A DNA stretch of 64,000 bases from the human T2T-CHM13v2.0 reference genome, Homo sapiens. The stretch lies in assembly GCF_009914755.1 (NCBI RefSeq), contig NC_060947.1. One strand, 5' to 3'. Each line of letters begins with the position of its first letter. The stretch's first letter is position 1. Both the position numbers and the translations under genes were made by a program. Positions 1 to 11,925 of this stretch are shown here, in pieces. Below the pieces are notes generated by a model. The model was not told the DNA's origin. It saw nothing but the letters and a program-made list of their open reading frames with translations, and did not search any database.

Positions 1-1678
1 ACAACTGCTCAACGGAATAAAAGACAAACAAATGGAAGAACATTCTATGCTCATGGATAAGAAGAATCAGTATCGTGAAAATGGCCATACTGCCCAAGGT
101 GATTTATAGATTCAGTGCTATCCCCATCAAGCTACCAATGACTTTCTTCACAGAATTGGAAAAAACTACTTTAAAGTTCATATGGAGCCAAAAGAGAGAC
201 CACATAGCCAAGACAATCCTAAGCCAAAAGAACAAAGCTGGAGGCATCATGCTACCTGACTTCAAACTATACTACAAGGCTACAGTAACCAAAACAGCAT
301 GGTACTGGTACCAAAACCAATATATAGACCAATGGAACAGAACAGGGGCCTCAGAAATAACACCACATATCTACAACCATCTGATCTTTGACAAACTTGA
401 CAAAAACAAGAAATGGGGAAAGATTCCCTATTTAATAAATGATGCTGGGAAAACTGGCTAGCCATATGTAGAAAGCTGAAACTGGATCCCTTCCTTACAA
501 TTTATACAAAAATTAATTCAAGATGGATTAAAGACTTAAATGTTAGACCTAAAACCGTAAAAACTCTAGAAGAAAATCTAGGCAATACTATTCAGGACAT
601 AGGCATGGGCAAGGACTTCATGTCTAAAACACCAAAAGCAATGGCAACAAAGGCCAAAATAGACAAGTGGGATCTAATTAAACTAAAGAGCTTCTGCATG
701 GCAAAAGAAACTACCATTAGAGTGAACAGGCAACCTACAGAACTGGAGAAAATTTTTGCAATCCACCCCTCTGACAAAGGGCTAATATCCAGAATCTAAA
801 AAGAACTTAAACAAATTTACAAGAAAAAAACAACCCCATCAAAAAGTGGGCAAAGGATATGAACAGACACTTTTCAAAAGAAGACATTGATGCAGCCAAC
901 AGACACATGAAAAAAATGCTCGTTATCACTGGTCATCAGAGAAATGCAAATCAAAACCACAATGAGATACCATTTCACACTGGTTAGAATGGCGATCATT
1001 AAAATGTCAGGAAACAACAGGTGCTGGAGAGAATCTGGAGAAATAAGAATGCTTTTACACTGTTGGTGGGACTGTAAACTAGTTCAACCATTGTGGAAGA
1101 CAATGTGGTGATTCCTCAAGGATCTAGAACTAGAAATACCATTTGACCCAGCGATCCCATTACTGTATATATACCCAAAGGATTATAAATCATGCTACTA
1201 TAAAGACACATGCACACGTATGTTTTTTGTGGCCCTATTCACAATAGCAAAGACTTGGAACCAACCCAAATGTCCATCAATGATAGACTGGATTAAGGAA
1301 ATGTGGCACATATACACCATGGAATACTATGCAGCCATAAAAAAGGATGAGTTCATGTCCTTTGCAGGGACATGGATGCAGCTGGAAACCATCATTCTCA
1401 GCAAACTATCACAAAATTAGAAAACCAAACACCACATGTTCTCACTCATAGGTGGGAATTGAACAATGAGAACACTTGGACACAGGGTGGGGAACATCAC
1501 ACCCCAGGGCCTGTCTGGGAGTAGGGGGCAGGGGGAGGGATAGCATTAGGAAAAATACCTAATGTAAATGACGAGTTAATAGGTGCAGCAAACCAACATG
1601 GCATATGTATATCTATTTAACAAACCTGTACATTGTGCACCTGTATCCTAGAACTTAAGGTATAATAAAAAAAGAAAA
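1..1678 (+). mobile_element. L1PA 3' part (ORF2 C-terminus, 3'UTR, poly-A)
   Basis: ORF2 peptides [11 protein letters not shown]..., [12 protein letters not shown]..., [14 protein letters not shown]; G-rich 3'UTR; ends CTAGAACTTAAGGTATAATAAAAAAAG. Confidence 0.95.
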
Positions 1679-2092
1679 GTAACTAATAGCTGGCATATTG
1701 GAGAGTGAAATAAAACTTGAAGAACAACCAATATAGTAGCAGTATGTTTCTTGGTTTTCTCCCTCTACTATCCCATAAATGTAATCTGAAGACAGGCTGG
1801 AATGGTGAGTTGCATAAAGGGAACAGACAATACCTCTGGGAGAAACCCATCTTCCTGGTCAGAGCATTGAGAACAGTGGCCTCTGTGGGTTGGATAGTGT
1901 GAAAGGAATCACCGAGGTTCTATTTTTTTTTTTCAGCCCTTCTCCAATGCCTGCCACAGTAATGAATCTGCACCTCTGTGCTGGCAGCACAAGCACCAAA
2001 AACTGTGAGGAAAAACCCATCTCTTTGGATAAAGGAGCCAAAAAAAAAAATGGGCCCCTCTTGTGAAAGGTTGGGAAATCACAATTATTATT

Positions 2093-2760
2093 TGTCTTAT
2101 CCCTCTCAGGCTGCTATAAGAAAATACCATAAACTAGGTAGTTTATAAGGAACAAAAATTTATGTCACAGTTCTGGAGAATGGGATGTCCAAGGTTAAGG
2201 TGCCAGTAGATTGAATATATAGTGAGGTCTCATTTCCCAGTTTAAAATGATGTCTTCATTCTGTGTCCTCACCTGGTGGAAGGGAAAAGCAGCTCTCTGG
2301 GACATCTATTTGTAAGGACACTTATCCCTCTCCTGAGAGCTCCACCCTCATGACCTAATCACCTCTTACATTGCTTATTGGTTTTTTGTTTGTTTGTTTT
2401 TTGTTTTTTTTGTTTGTTTTTTGAGACAGATTCTCATTCTGTGGCCCAGGCTGGAGTGCAGTGGTGCAATCTCAGCTCACTGCAACCTCCGCCCTCTGGG
2501 TTCAAGTGATTCTCCTGCCTCAGTCTCTTGAGTAGCTGGGACTGCAGGCAGATGCAAACACACCTGGCTCATTTTTGTATTTTTGGTAGAGGTGGGGTTT
2601 CACCATGCTAGCCAGGCTGGTCTTGAACTTTTGATCCCAAGTGATTCGCTCATCTTGGCGTCCCAAAGGGCGGGATTACAGGCATGAGCCACCATGCCCT
2701 GCCTGGTTGTTAAGTTTTTAACATGAATTTTGAGGGGGGCACAAACATTCAACCCATATA
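2093..2760. mobile_element. MaLR solo LTR (MLT1A/MST-like), interrupted by an Alu
   Basis: TGTCTTATCC...GGCTGCTATAAGAAAATACCATAAACT...CACAGTTCTGGAG...CCCTCATGACCTAATCACCTC...ACATGAATTTTGAGGGGGGCACAAACATTC matches recalled MaLR LTR consensus. Confidence 0.75.
2381..2703 (-). mobile_element. Alu, full dimer
   Basis: T-rich tail then GAGACAG...CCCAGGCTGGAGTGCAGTGG...GGGATTACAGGCATGAGCCACC. Confidence 0.95.
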
Positions 2761-3169
2761 ATTATTTTTCTGTATTTTCTCTTACTACATTACACTAATG
2801 ATGGTTTCTATTTTAAGTGTGGAGTGTAAAATTATGGGAGAATTTTATTTTTAAGTCAAATATCAGGAAAATGACTCTTGCTATTCACATAATTTGGGAA
2901 AAATTCTGGAGAAGAGAGAGCTGAAGAGTTGATCTCTTAATTTTGTGTGTGACCCTATACAACTTCAGATTCATCTTCTATTTGTGGGTGCACATAATAT
3001 GTCCAGAGAAGCATAGCAAAGGCTTTAAGAACTGAACTATAATGTAAACTAATGCCTAAGTTGCAGACAAATCTATGATTCGCACTTACAAAGGGCAGGC
3101 CCAAACAGCTTACCAAAGGTTTTGAAAACTTAAATGACATTTTAACAAGCACAGAAAGTGAGACAGAAT

Positions 3170-4985
3170 TTGTGATCCAAATATAACCAGGTTAACTGCC
3201 TGCTAAAACAAACACAAATTAAGTTTTTTTCCGAATTTTAATACCATACTTAATAGTATAATATTGAAAATTTTAAGAATACAACCCAAAATTACTTTGC
3301 ATAGAAAGAACCAGTAAAATTTGACAGATTCTCAAGTGAAACAACAATCAACAGATGCCAACTCTGAAATGACTCAGATGATGGAATTAAAAGACAAAGA
3401 CTTTAAATCAGATATTATAACCATGCTCTGTGAGGCCAAGGTGAATACTCTTGAAATGAATTGAAACAGCAGTCCTAAGCTAAGAAATACAAACTATTTT
3501 TGAAAGATGAGAATCTTAGAATTTAAGAAATACAGAATCTGATATTTTAGAAAAACTACTGGATGAAATCAATAGCAGAATTGGGATGATAGAAGGAACT
3601 ACCTTGGATTTTGAAAATAGAGCAGTAGAACTAATGCATTCAGAAGAACACAGAGAAAAAAAAATTAAATCTAGATACTCAGGGACATGTGGAACAATAT
3701 CACAAGGTCTAATGTTGGTATTAATTGAGTTCCTGGCAGAGAGAAGAAAGAGAGGAGTACAAAAAAAAATTTGAAGAAATAAAAGCTGAAATTTACCCCA
3801 AATTGGTGAAATATGTAAATTTACACATTTAAGAAGCTTAGGAGAAATACAAAGAAAATCACACCCGGACACATTACAATGAAAATGCTGCAAAATCAAA
3901 GATAAATGAAACATGTTGAAGGCAGACCGAGAAAAATGACACATTAAGTACAGCGGACAGTGATTTAAATTACTACTGATTTTTCACCAGAAATCATGAA
4001 GATCAGAAGATGGAAACAACATTGTTAAAGTGCTGAATAAATGAACTATCCATCCAGAATTTTATATCCAGAGAAAATATTCTTCAGGAATGAAAGTGAA
4101 ACAGAAAACATTCTCAGAGAAAGGAAATCTAAAAGAATTTGCTTCCAGCACACCTTCCATAAAAGATATGTCAAAAATAATTTTTTTAGGTTGAAGGGAA
4201 ATGATACCAGAAGAAAACTGATAATTCAGAAATGAAGAGCAACAGAAATGGTACATTTCTGGGAAAACCTTGTAGAGTAATTTCCTTAGTGTATATATAT
4301 ATAACTATCTATTGAAAGTAAAATATAATTTGGGAAAATTTTTGTGTATGTAGACATAAGATATATATCAACTTTAATATAAAAGAGAATAAAGGAAACT
4401 GTATGGTAACAAGACTTTTATATTTTTATTTTAGGGGTAAAATATTAACTCTAAATTAACTGTAAGGAGTTAAGTATGTGTATTATAATCTTGAGAACAA
4501 TCATTAAAATGGTAGAGATATAGCAAAAAATCTAATTAATTGAAATTGAATACTAAAAATTATTTTAAAATCCAAAAGAAGTTCTTAAAACAGGGAATAG
4601 AGGAACAAATAACACAAGGAGAAAACATAAATATAATAAATGGCAGCTCTAAATTCAGATACAATTAATTTTTATTTAATTTGTACAATTAAATATCTCA
4701 ACTATATGTGGTATACAATAAACCCACTTTAAATATTATGATATGGATTGATTAAAAGTAGAAGTATGATAAAATAACTGATTTTTCTAAATAAGTAGAA
4801 AAAATAATTTATGGTTTTTAGCATATGTAGAAGTAAAATATATGACAACAGCACAGAAGAATGGGAGAAGAAAAATGGAAGTATACAGTTTTAGGTTTGT
4901 TGCATTATATTTGAAATGATAAAGTACCATTTGAAAATACATTTGAGAAGCAAAAGAAGGATACTGTAAATGTTGTGACAATCAC
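3170..4985 (+). mobile_element. Ancient L1M/HAL1-like ORF1 region
   Basis: Degenerate ORF1p peptides (ENRAVELMHSEEHREKK; YPSRILYPEKIFFRNE) in A-rich sequence. Confidence 0.65.
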
Positions 4986-7267
4986 TAACCTAACCTCCAG
5001 GTGCCAGAGAAAAAAGCCAGGGGCCTAGTAGCAGCCCCCCAGAGCTGGAGCACCCAGATCAGGAGTGCTGAGCTGAGCCTAGGCCCCGTAAAATCATCCA
5101 GAAATGAAGCCATTTGAATGAACCCATCTTATGTCACAATCAAACCCCAAAGACATCAGAAAACGTAAAACCAAAAGAAAAAAATCCATCCAAAGGAGAG
5201 CATCGTCAAAGATTGAAGGAACATCAGGCCACACAGATGAGAAAGAACCAGCACAAGAACTATGGCAACTTAAACAGCCTGAGTGTCTTCTTACCTCCAA
5301 ACAACCACACCAGTTCTACAGCAATGGCTCTTAACAAGGTTGAAATGGCTGAAATGACAGAAATGGAATTCTGAATATAGATAGGAGTGAAGATCATCCA
5401 CATCCAGTAAAAAGTCAAAACCCAATCCAATGAACTTAAGGAGTAAAATAAGATCATACAGGAGCTGAAAAATGGTATGGTCATTTTTAAGAAAGAACCA
5501 AACTGATCTGATAGAGCTGAAAAACTGGCTTCAAGAATTTAATAATATAATTGCAAGTAATAACAGCAGAATTGACCAAGCTGAGTAAAGAATCTCAGAG
5601 CTTTAAGACCAATACTCTGAAACTACTCAGTCAGACAAAAATAAAAAAAGGAAAAGCAATAAAGAAGAATGGACAAGACCTCCAAAAAAGATGGGATTAT
5701 GTAAACAGACCAAAGCTACAACATATCAGCATTGAAATAGAGAGAGATAAATCAAGCAACTTGGAAAACATGTTTGAGGATAGTGTACATGAAAACTTTC
5801 CCAATCTCACTAAAGAGGCCAGCATTTAAAGTCAGGAAAGGAAGAGAACCTCTGTGAGGTACTATAAAATAGTCATCGGATTCTGCAAAGTTGAAATGAA
5901 AGCAAAATTTTAAAGGCACCTAGAGGGTTGAGAAAGGTGACCTAAAAGTTTACAGCATTAGGCTAACAGTGGACCTTTCAACAGAAACCTAATAAGCCAG
6001 AAGAGATTGGGGCCTATATTAAGCATTTGTAACAAAAAATTTCAACTAAGAATTTCATATCCAGCCAAACTAAGCTTCATAAGTGAAGGAAAAAAAGGTT
6101 ATTTTGAGAGAAGTATATACTAATGAAATTCATAACCACCAGGACTGCCTTAAATAAAGTCCTTGAGAGTGCTAAACATGGAAATGAAAGACTGTTACCA
6201 ACCACCACAAAAATACACTTAATTACATAGACCATTGATGCTATAAAGCAAGTACACAATAAAATCTGCATGACAATCAGGTAACAACACAATGACAGAA
6301 TCAAATCCACATATATCAATAATAACTTTGAAAGTAAAAGGGCTAAATAACTGAATTAAAAGGCACAGTGTGGAAAGTAGGATAAAGAATCAAGACCCAA
6401 GGTTATACTGTCTTCAAGAGATCCATCTCACATGCAATGAAACCCACAGGCTCAAAGTAATGGGATGGAGAAAAATCTACAGAGCAAATGGAAAACAGAA
6501 AATTGCAGGGGTTGCTATTCTAAGTTCAGACAAAGCCGACTTTAAACCAACAACAATCAAAAAAGACAAAGAATGGCATTATATAATGGTAAGGGGGTAA
6601 ATTAAACAAGAAAACCGAACTATCCTAAATATATGTACCCATCACAGGAGCACCCAGATTTATATAGCAAGCTTTTAGAGACATACGAAGAGACTTAGCC
6701 ACAAAATAGTAGTAGAGCACATGGCATATACTCTAAAATTGACCAAAAAATCAGACATCAAACAATCCTCAACCAATTAAAAAAAAAAAACAAATCATAG
6801 CAACCACGGTCTTGGGCAGGAGTGCAATAAAAATTTAAATCAATACTAAGATAATTGCTGAACTGCATACAATTACATGGAAATTACACAACCTACTCTT
6901 TTAAATTTTTTTATTTCCATAGGTTTTGGGGAAACAGGTGGTCTTTGGTTACAAGAGTAAGTTCTTTAGCTGTGATTTGTGAGATTTTGGTGCACCCATC
7001 ATCGAGCTGTATACACTGAATCCAATTTGTAGTATTTTATCCCATACCCCTTTCCCACCCTTTCCTTATGAGTCCTCAAAGTCCATTGTATTATTCTTAT
7101 GCCGTTGCATCCTCATAGCTTAGCTCCCACTTATGAGTGAGAACATACGATGTTTGGGTTTCCATTCCTGAGTTATTTCATTTAGAATAATAGTCTCCAA
7201 TTCCATCCAGGTTGCTGCCAATGCTATTATTTCATTCCTTTTTTATAGTTGAGTAGTATCCTATTTT

Positions 7268-7420
7268 GTGTGTGTGTGTATACACACACACACTATATAT
7301 ATATATATAAATATACACACACACATATACACACACTATATATATATACACACTGTATATATACACGCACACACTATATATATATATATATACATATATA
7401 TACATATATGTATATATATA
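7268..7420. repeat. Mixed (TG)/(CA)/(TA) microsatellite
   Basis: Direct reading. Confidence 0.9.
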
Positions 7421-7841
7421 ACAGTTTATTTATCCACTGATTGATTGATGGTCATTTGGGCTGGTTCCACATTTTTGCAATTGTGAGTTTTGCTGCTATA
7501 AACATGCATGTGCAAGTATCTTTTTTGTATAATGACTTCTTTTCCTCTGGGCAGATATCCGGTAGTGGGATTGCTGTATCAAATTGTAGTTCTACTTTTG
7601 TTTCTTTAAGGAATCTCCACACTGTTTACATAGTAGTAGTACTAGTTTAAATTCCCACCAGCAGGCTAGAAGTGTTCCCTTTTAACTGTATCCATGCCAA
7701 CATGTATTTTTTTTTTTTTGATGTTTTGATTATGGCCATTCTTGCAGGAGTAATGTGGTATCGCATTGTGGTTTTGATTTGCATTTCCCTGGTCATTCGT
7801 GATGTTGAGCACTTTTTCATATATTTGCTGGCCGTTTGTAT

Positions 7842-8243
7842 TTCTTCTTCCTTTTTTCTTCTTCTTTCTTCCTTCTTCCTTCTTTCTTCCTTCTTCCTTC
7901 TTTTTCCTTCTTCTTCCTTCTTCTTCTTCTTTCTTCTTTCTCCTTTTTTTTTTTGAGACAGAGTTTCACTCCTGTTGCCTAGGCTGGAGTGTGGTGGTGT
8001 GATCTCAGCTCAGCCCACTGCAACCTCTGTCTCCTGGGTTCAAGTGATTCTCCTGCCTCAGCCTCCCAAGTAGCTAGGATTACAGGCACATGCCACCACA
8101 CCCGACTAATTTTTGTACTTTTAGTACAGATGGGGTTTCACCATGTTGACCAGGCTCGTCTTGAACTCCTGACCTAAGGTGATCCACCCACCTCAGCCTC
8201 CCAACGTGCTGGGATTACAGGCGTGAACCACCGCATCCAGCCC
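7842..8243 (-). mobile_element. AluS with tail expanded into a (TTC)n/(GAA)n tract
   Basis: Alu body 7955-8243; TTC-rich tract 7842-7954; approximate TSD CCGTTTGTATTTCTTC / CCATTTTTATATCTTC. Confidence 0.9.
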
Positions 8244-11200
8244 ATTTTTATATCTTCTTTTGAGAATTGTCTATTCATGTCCTTAGCCCACTTTTTGTTG
8301 GGATTTTTTTTTTCTTGCTAATTTAAATAACCTACTCTTGAGTGACTTCTGGGTGGACAATGAAATTAAGGCAGAAATCAAGAAATTATTTTCAACTAAT
8401 TAGAACAAAAATACAACATACCAGAATCTCTGGGACACAGCTAAAGTATGGTTAAGATGGAATAGTATAGCACTAAATGCTGGCATCGAAAAGTTAAAAA
8501 TATATCAAATGAACAACCTAACATTACACCTAGAGGACCTAGAGAAACAAGAGAAAACATACCCCAGAGCTAGCAGAGCAGAGGACAAGAAATAACCAAA
8601 ATCAGAGTGGAACTCAAGGAAATTGAGTTGTGAAAAACCATACAAAGGTCAAAGAATGCTGGAGTAGGTTCTTTGAAAGAATAAGTTAGACAAACTGCTA
8701 GCTAGATTAATAAAGGGAAAAAAGAGGAAGATCCAAATAAACACAATCAGAAATGACAAAGGGGATATTACCACTGAACCCACAAAAATACAAAAAATTA
8801 TCAGATACTACTATAAACACCCTATGCACACCAACTAGAAAACCTGGAAGAAATAGATAAATTTCTGGAAACATACAACCTCCCAAGATTGAACCAGCAA
8901 GAGATTGACTTCTTGAACAGACAAATAACGAGTTCCAAATTGAATTGGTAATAAAAAAGCCTCCTATCCAGAAAAAAACACAGGCCTAGATGGCTTAACA
9001 GCCAAATTTTACCAGATGTATAAATAAGAGCTGGTACCATTTCTACTGAAACTATTCCAAAAATTGAGGAGAGACTCCTCCTTAACTCATTCTATGAAGC
9101 CAGCATTATCCTGATACCAAAACCTGGCAGAGACACACACAAAAAAAGGAAACATCAGGCCAATATCCTAGATGAATAAAGACACAGAAATCCTCAACAA
9201 AATACTAGTAAACCGAATCTAGCAGCACATCAAAAAGCTAATCCACCTTGACCAAGTGTGCCTTATCCCTGGGATACAAATTAGGAACAACATACACAAA
9301 TCAGTAGAGGTGATTCATTACATAAACAGAACTAAAAAAAACACCACATGATCATATCAGATGCAAAAAGAGCTTTTGATAAAATTTAACATCTCTTCGT
9401 GTTAAATAAAAACCCTCAGTAAACTAGGCATTGAAGGAAATACCTCAAAATAATAAGAACCATTTGTGGCAAACCCACATCCAATATCATATTGAATGGA
9501 CAAAAGCTGGCACAAGACAAGGGTGCCCTCTCTCACCACTCCTATTAAATATAGTATTGGAAATCCTGCCCAGAGCAATCAGGCAAGAGAAAGACATAGC
9601 ACACAAATAAGAAGAGAGGAAGTAAAACTACCCCTGTTGGCAGACGACATGATCCTATGTCTAGAAAAACCTCAAAGTCTCACCCCAAGAGCTCCTTAAG
9701 CTGATAAACAATATCAGAAAAGTCTCAGGATACAAAGATCAGTGTACAAAAATTACTGGGATTCCGTTACACCAACAACAGTCAAGCCAAGAACCAAATC
9801 AACACAATTCCATTCACAACTTCCACAAAAAGATTAAAATACCTAGGAATACAGCTAACCAGGAAGGTTAAAAATATATACAATGAGAAATACAAAACAC
9901 TGTTCAAAGGAATCAGAGATGACACAAATAAATGGAGACACATTCCATGCTCATGGATAGGGAGAATCAATATCATTACAATGGACATACTGCCAAAAGC
10001 AATTTGTGGTTTCAGTGCTATTCCAATTAAACTTACAATGATATTCTCCAAAGAAATAGGAAAAAAAACTATTTCAAAATTTGTGTGGAACCAAAAAAAG
10101 TCTGAATAGCCAAGGCAATTTTAAGCAAAAGAACAAAGCTGGAAGCATCATGCTACCTGTCTTCAAGCTATACTACAGCATTACAATAACCTAAACAGCA
10201 TAGTACTGGTAAAAAAGCACACACATAGACCAATGGAACAGAATAGAGAGCCCAGAAATAAGGCTGCACACCTACAACTATCTGGTCTTTGACAAGGCTG
10301 ACAAAAACAAGTAATGGGGAAGGGAGTTTCTTTTCAATAAATGGTGCTGGGATAACTGGTCAGCCAAATGCAGAAAACTGAAACTGGACCCCTTCCTTAC
10401 ATCATATACAAAAATAAACTCAAGATGAATTAAAGACTTAAATGTAAAACCAAAAACTATGAAAACTCTAGAAGACAACTTAGGCAATACCATTTTGAAA
10501 ACAGGACCTGGTAAAAATTTTATGACAAAGATGCAAAAGCAGTCACAACAAAAGCAAAAATTGATGAATGGGATCTAAACTAAAGAGCTTCTGCACCACC
10601 AAATAAACTATCAACAGAGTAAACAGACAACCTACAGAATGGAAGAAAATTTTTGCATGTTATGCATCTGACAGAGATCTAATAACCAGCATCTATAAAG
10701 AACTTAAACGGATGTACAACAAAAAAAACTCAATTAAAAAGTGGACAAAGGACACAACAGTCACTTAAAAAAAAGAAAGAAAGAAAGACACACATTCGGC
10801 CAAGAAACAAATGAAAACGAAAAATCTCAGCATCACTGATTATTAGAGAAATGCAAATCAAAACCACAATGAGATACTGTCTCACACCAGTCAGACTGGC
10901 TGTTATTTAAAAGTCAAAATTAACAGGTGCTGGCAAGGTTACAGAGGAAAAGGAATGCTTGTACACTGTTGGTGTGAGTGTACGTGAGTTCAGCCATTGC
11001 AGTAAACAGTGTGGCGATTTCTCAAAGACCTATAAACAGAACTATCATTTGACCCAGTAATCCCATTACTGTGTATATGCCCCCAAAATATAAATAATTC
11101 TGTTATAAAGACACATGCACATGTATGTTCATTGCAGAACTTTTCACAATAGCAGAGACGTGGAATCAACCTAAATGCTCATCAATGGTAGACTGGATAA

Positions 11201-11594
11201 AAAAAAAAAAACAGTACATATACACCATGCAGCCGTAGAAGAGAGTGAGAACATGTCCTTTGCAGGGACATGGATGGAGCTGTATGCCATTATCCTTAAA
11301 AACTAATGCAGAAACAGAAAAACAAATGTCACATGTTCTCACTTTTAAGTGGGAGCTAAATGATGAGAACACATGGACACAAAGAAGGGAGCAATATCAC
11401 CGGAGGCTACTTAGGGGTGTAGGGAGGGAGGAAGGAGAGAGGTGAAAGATTACCTATCAGGTACCATGTTTAATACCTGGGTGATTAGATAATCTATACA
11501 ACAAACTTCCATGACATGCTATTTCCCTATATAACAAACCTGCACATGTACCCGTAAACCTAAAATAAAATCAAAAACAGCAACAACAAGCAGC

Positions 11595-11925
11595 ATGTCA
11601 CCAACATCTTTTTCTTGTGAGTACTTCAGGCTGCTTCCAGTCATGTTCGAACTTGAAGGGGATCTGTCATGCAAGGATCACATGGTGAGAGAGCAAGCAA
11701 TAGAGATGGGAGGGAAGTGCCAGCTTCTCTTAAACAAACAGCTCTCACAGGAACTAATACAGCAAGAACTCACCCACCATCCCCCACCTTTCAAGAATGG
11801 CATTAATCTATTCATTAGGAATCTGCCCCCATGACTGGAACAGCTTCCATTAGGCCTCAACTCCAATATTGGAAATTAAATTTCCACATGAGTTTTTGAG
11901 GAGTTAAACAGACAAAACTATAGCA
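11595..11925. mobile_element. MST-family MaLR LTR fragment
   Basis: CACATGGTGAGAGAGCAAG...GGGAAGTGCCAG...GCATTAATCTATTCAT...GCCCCCATGAC...AAACTATAGCA. Confidence 0.75.

Larger units (their letters stand above)
6901..8328 (-). mobile_element. 5'-truncated L1PB-like 3' end nested in the older L1
   Basis: T-rich tail at 6901 and L1PB-type 3'UTR; TSD AACCTACTCTT at 6890-6900 and 8329-8339. Confidence 0.85.
4990..11585 (+). mobile_element. Near full-length old L1 (L1PA13-16/L1PB-like), interrupted at 6901-8328
   Basis: Collinear ORF1 (5100-6200), endonuclease (CLQEIHL...GVAILSSDKADFK), RT (EVKLPLLADDMIL) and 3'UTR ending AACCTAAAATAAAA; many stops. Confidence 0.9.
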
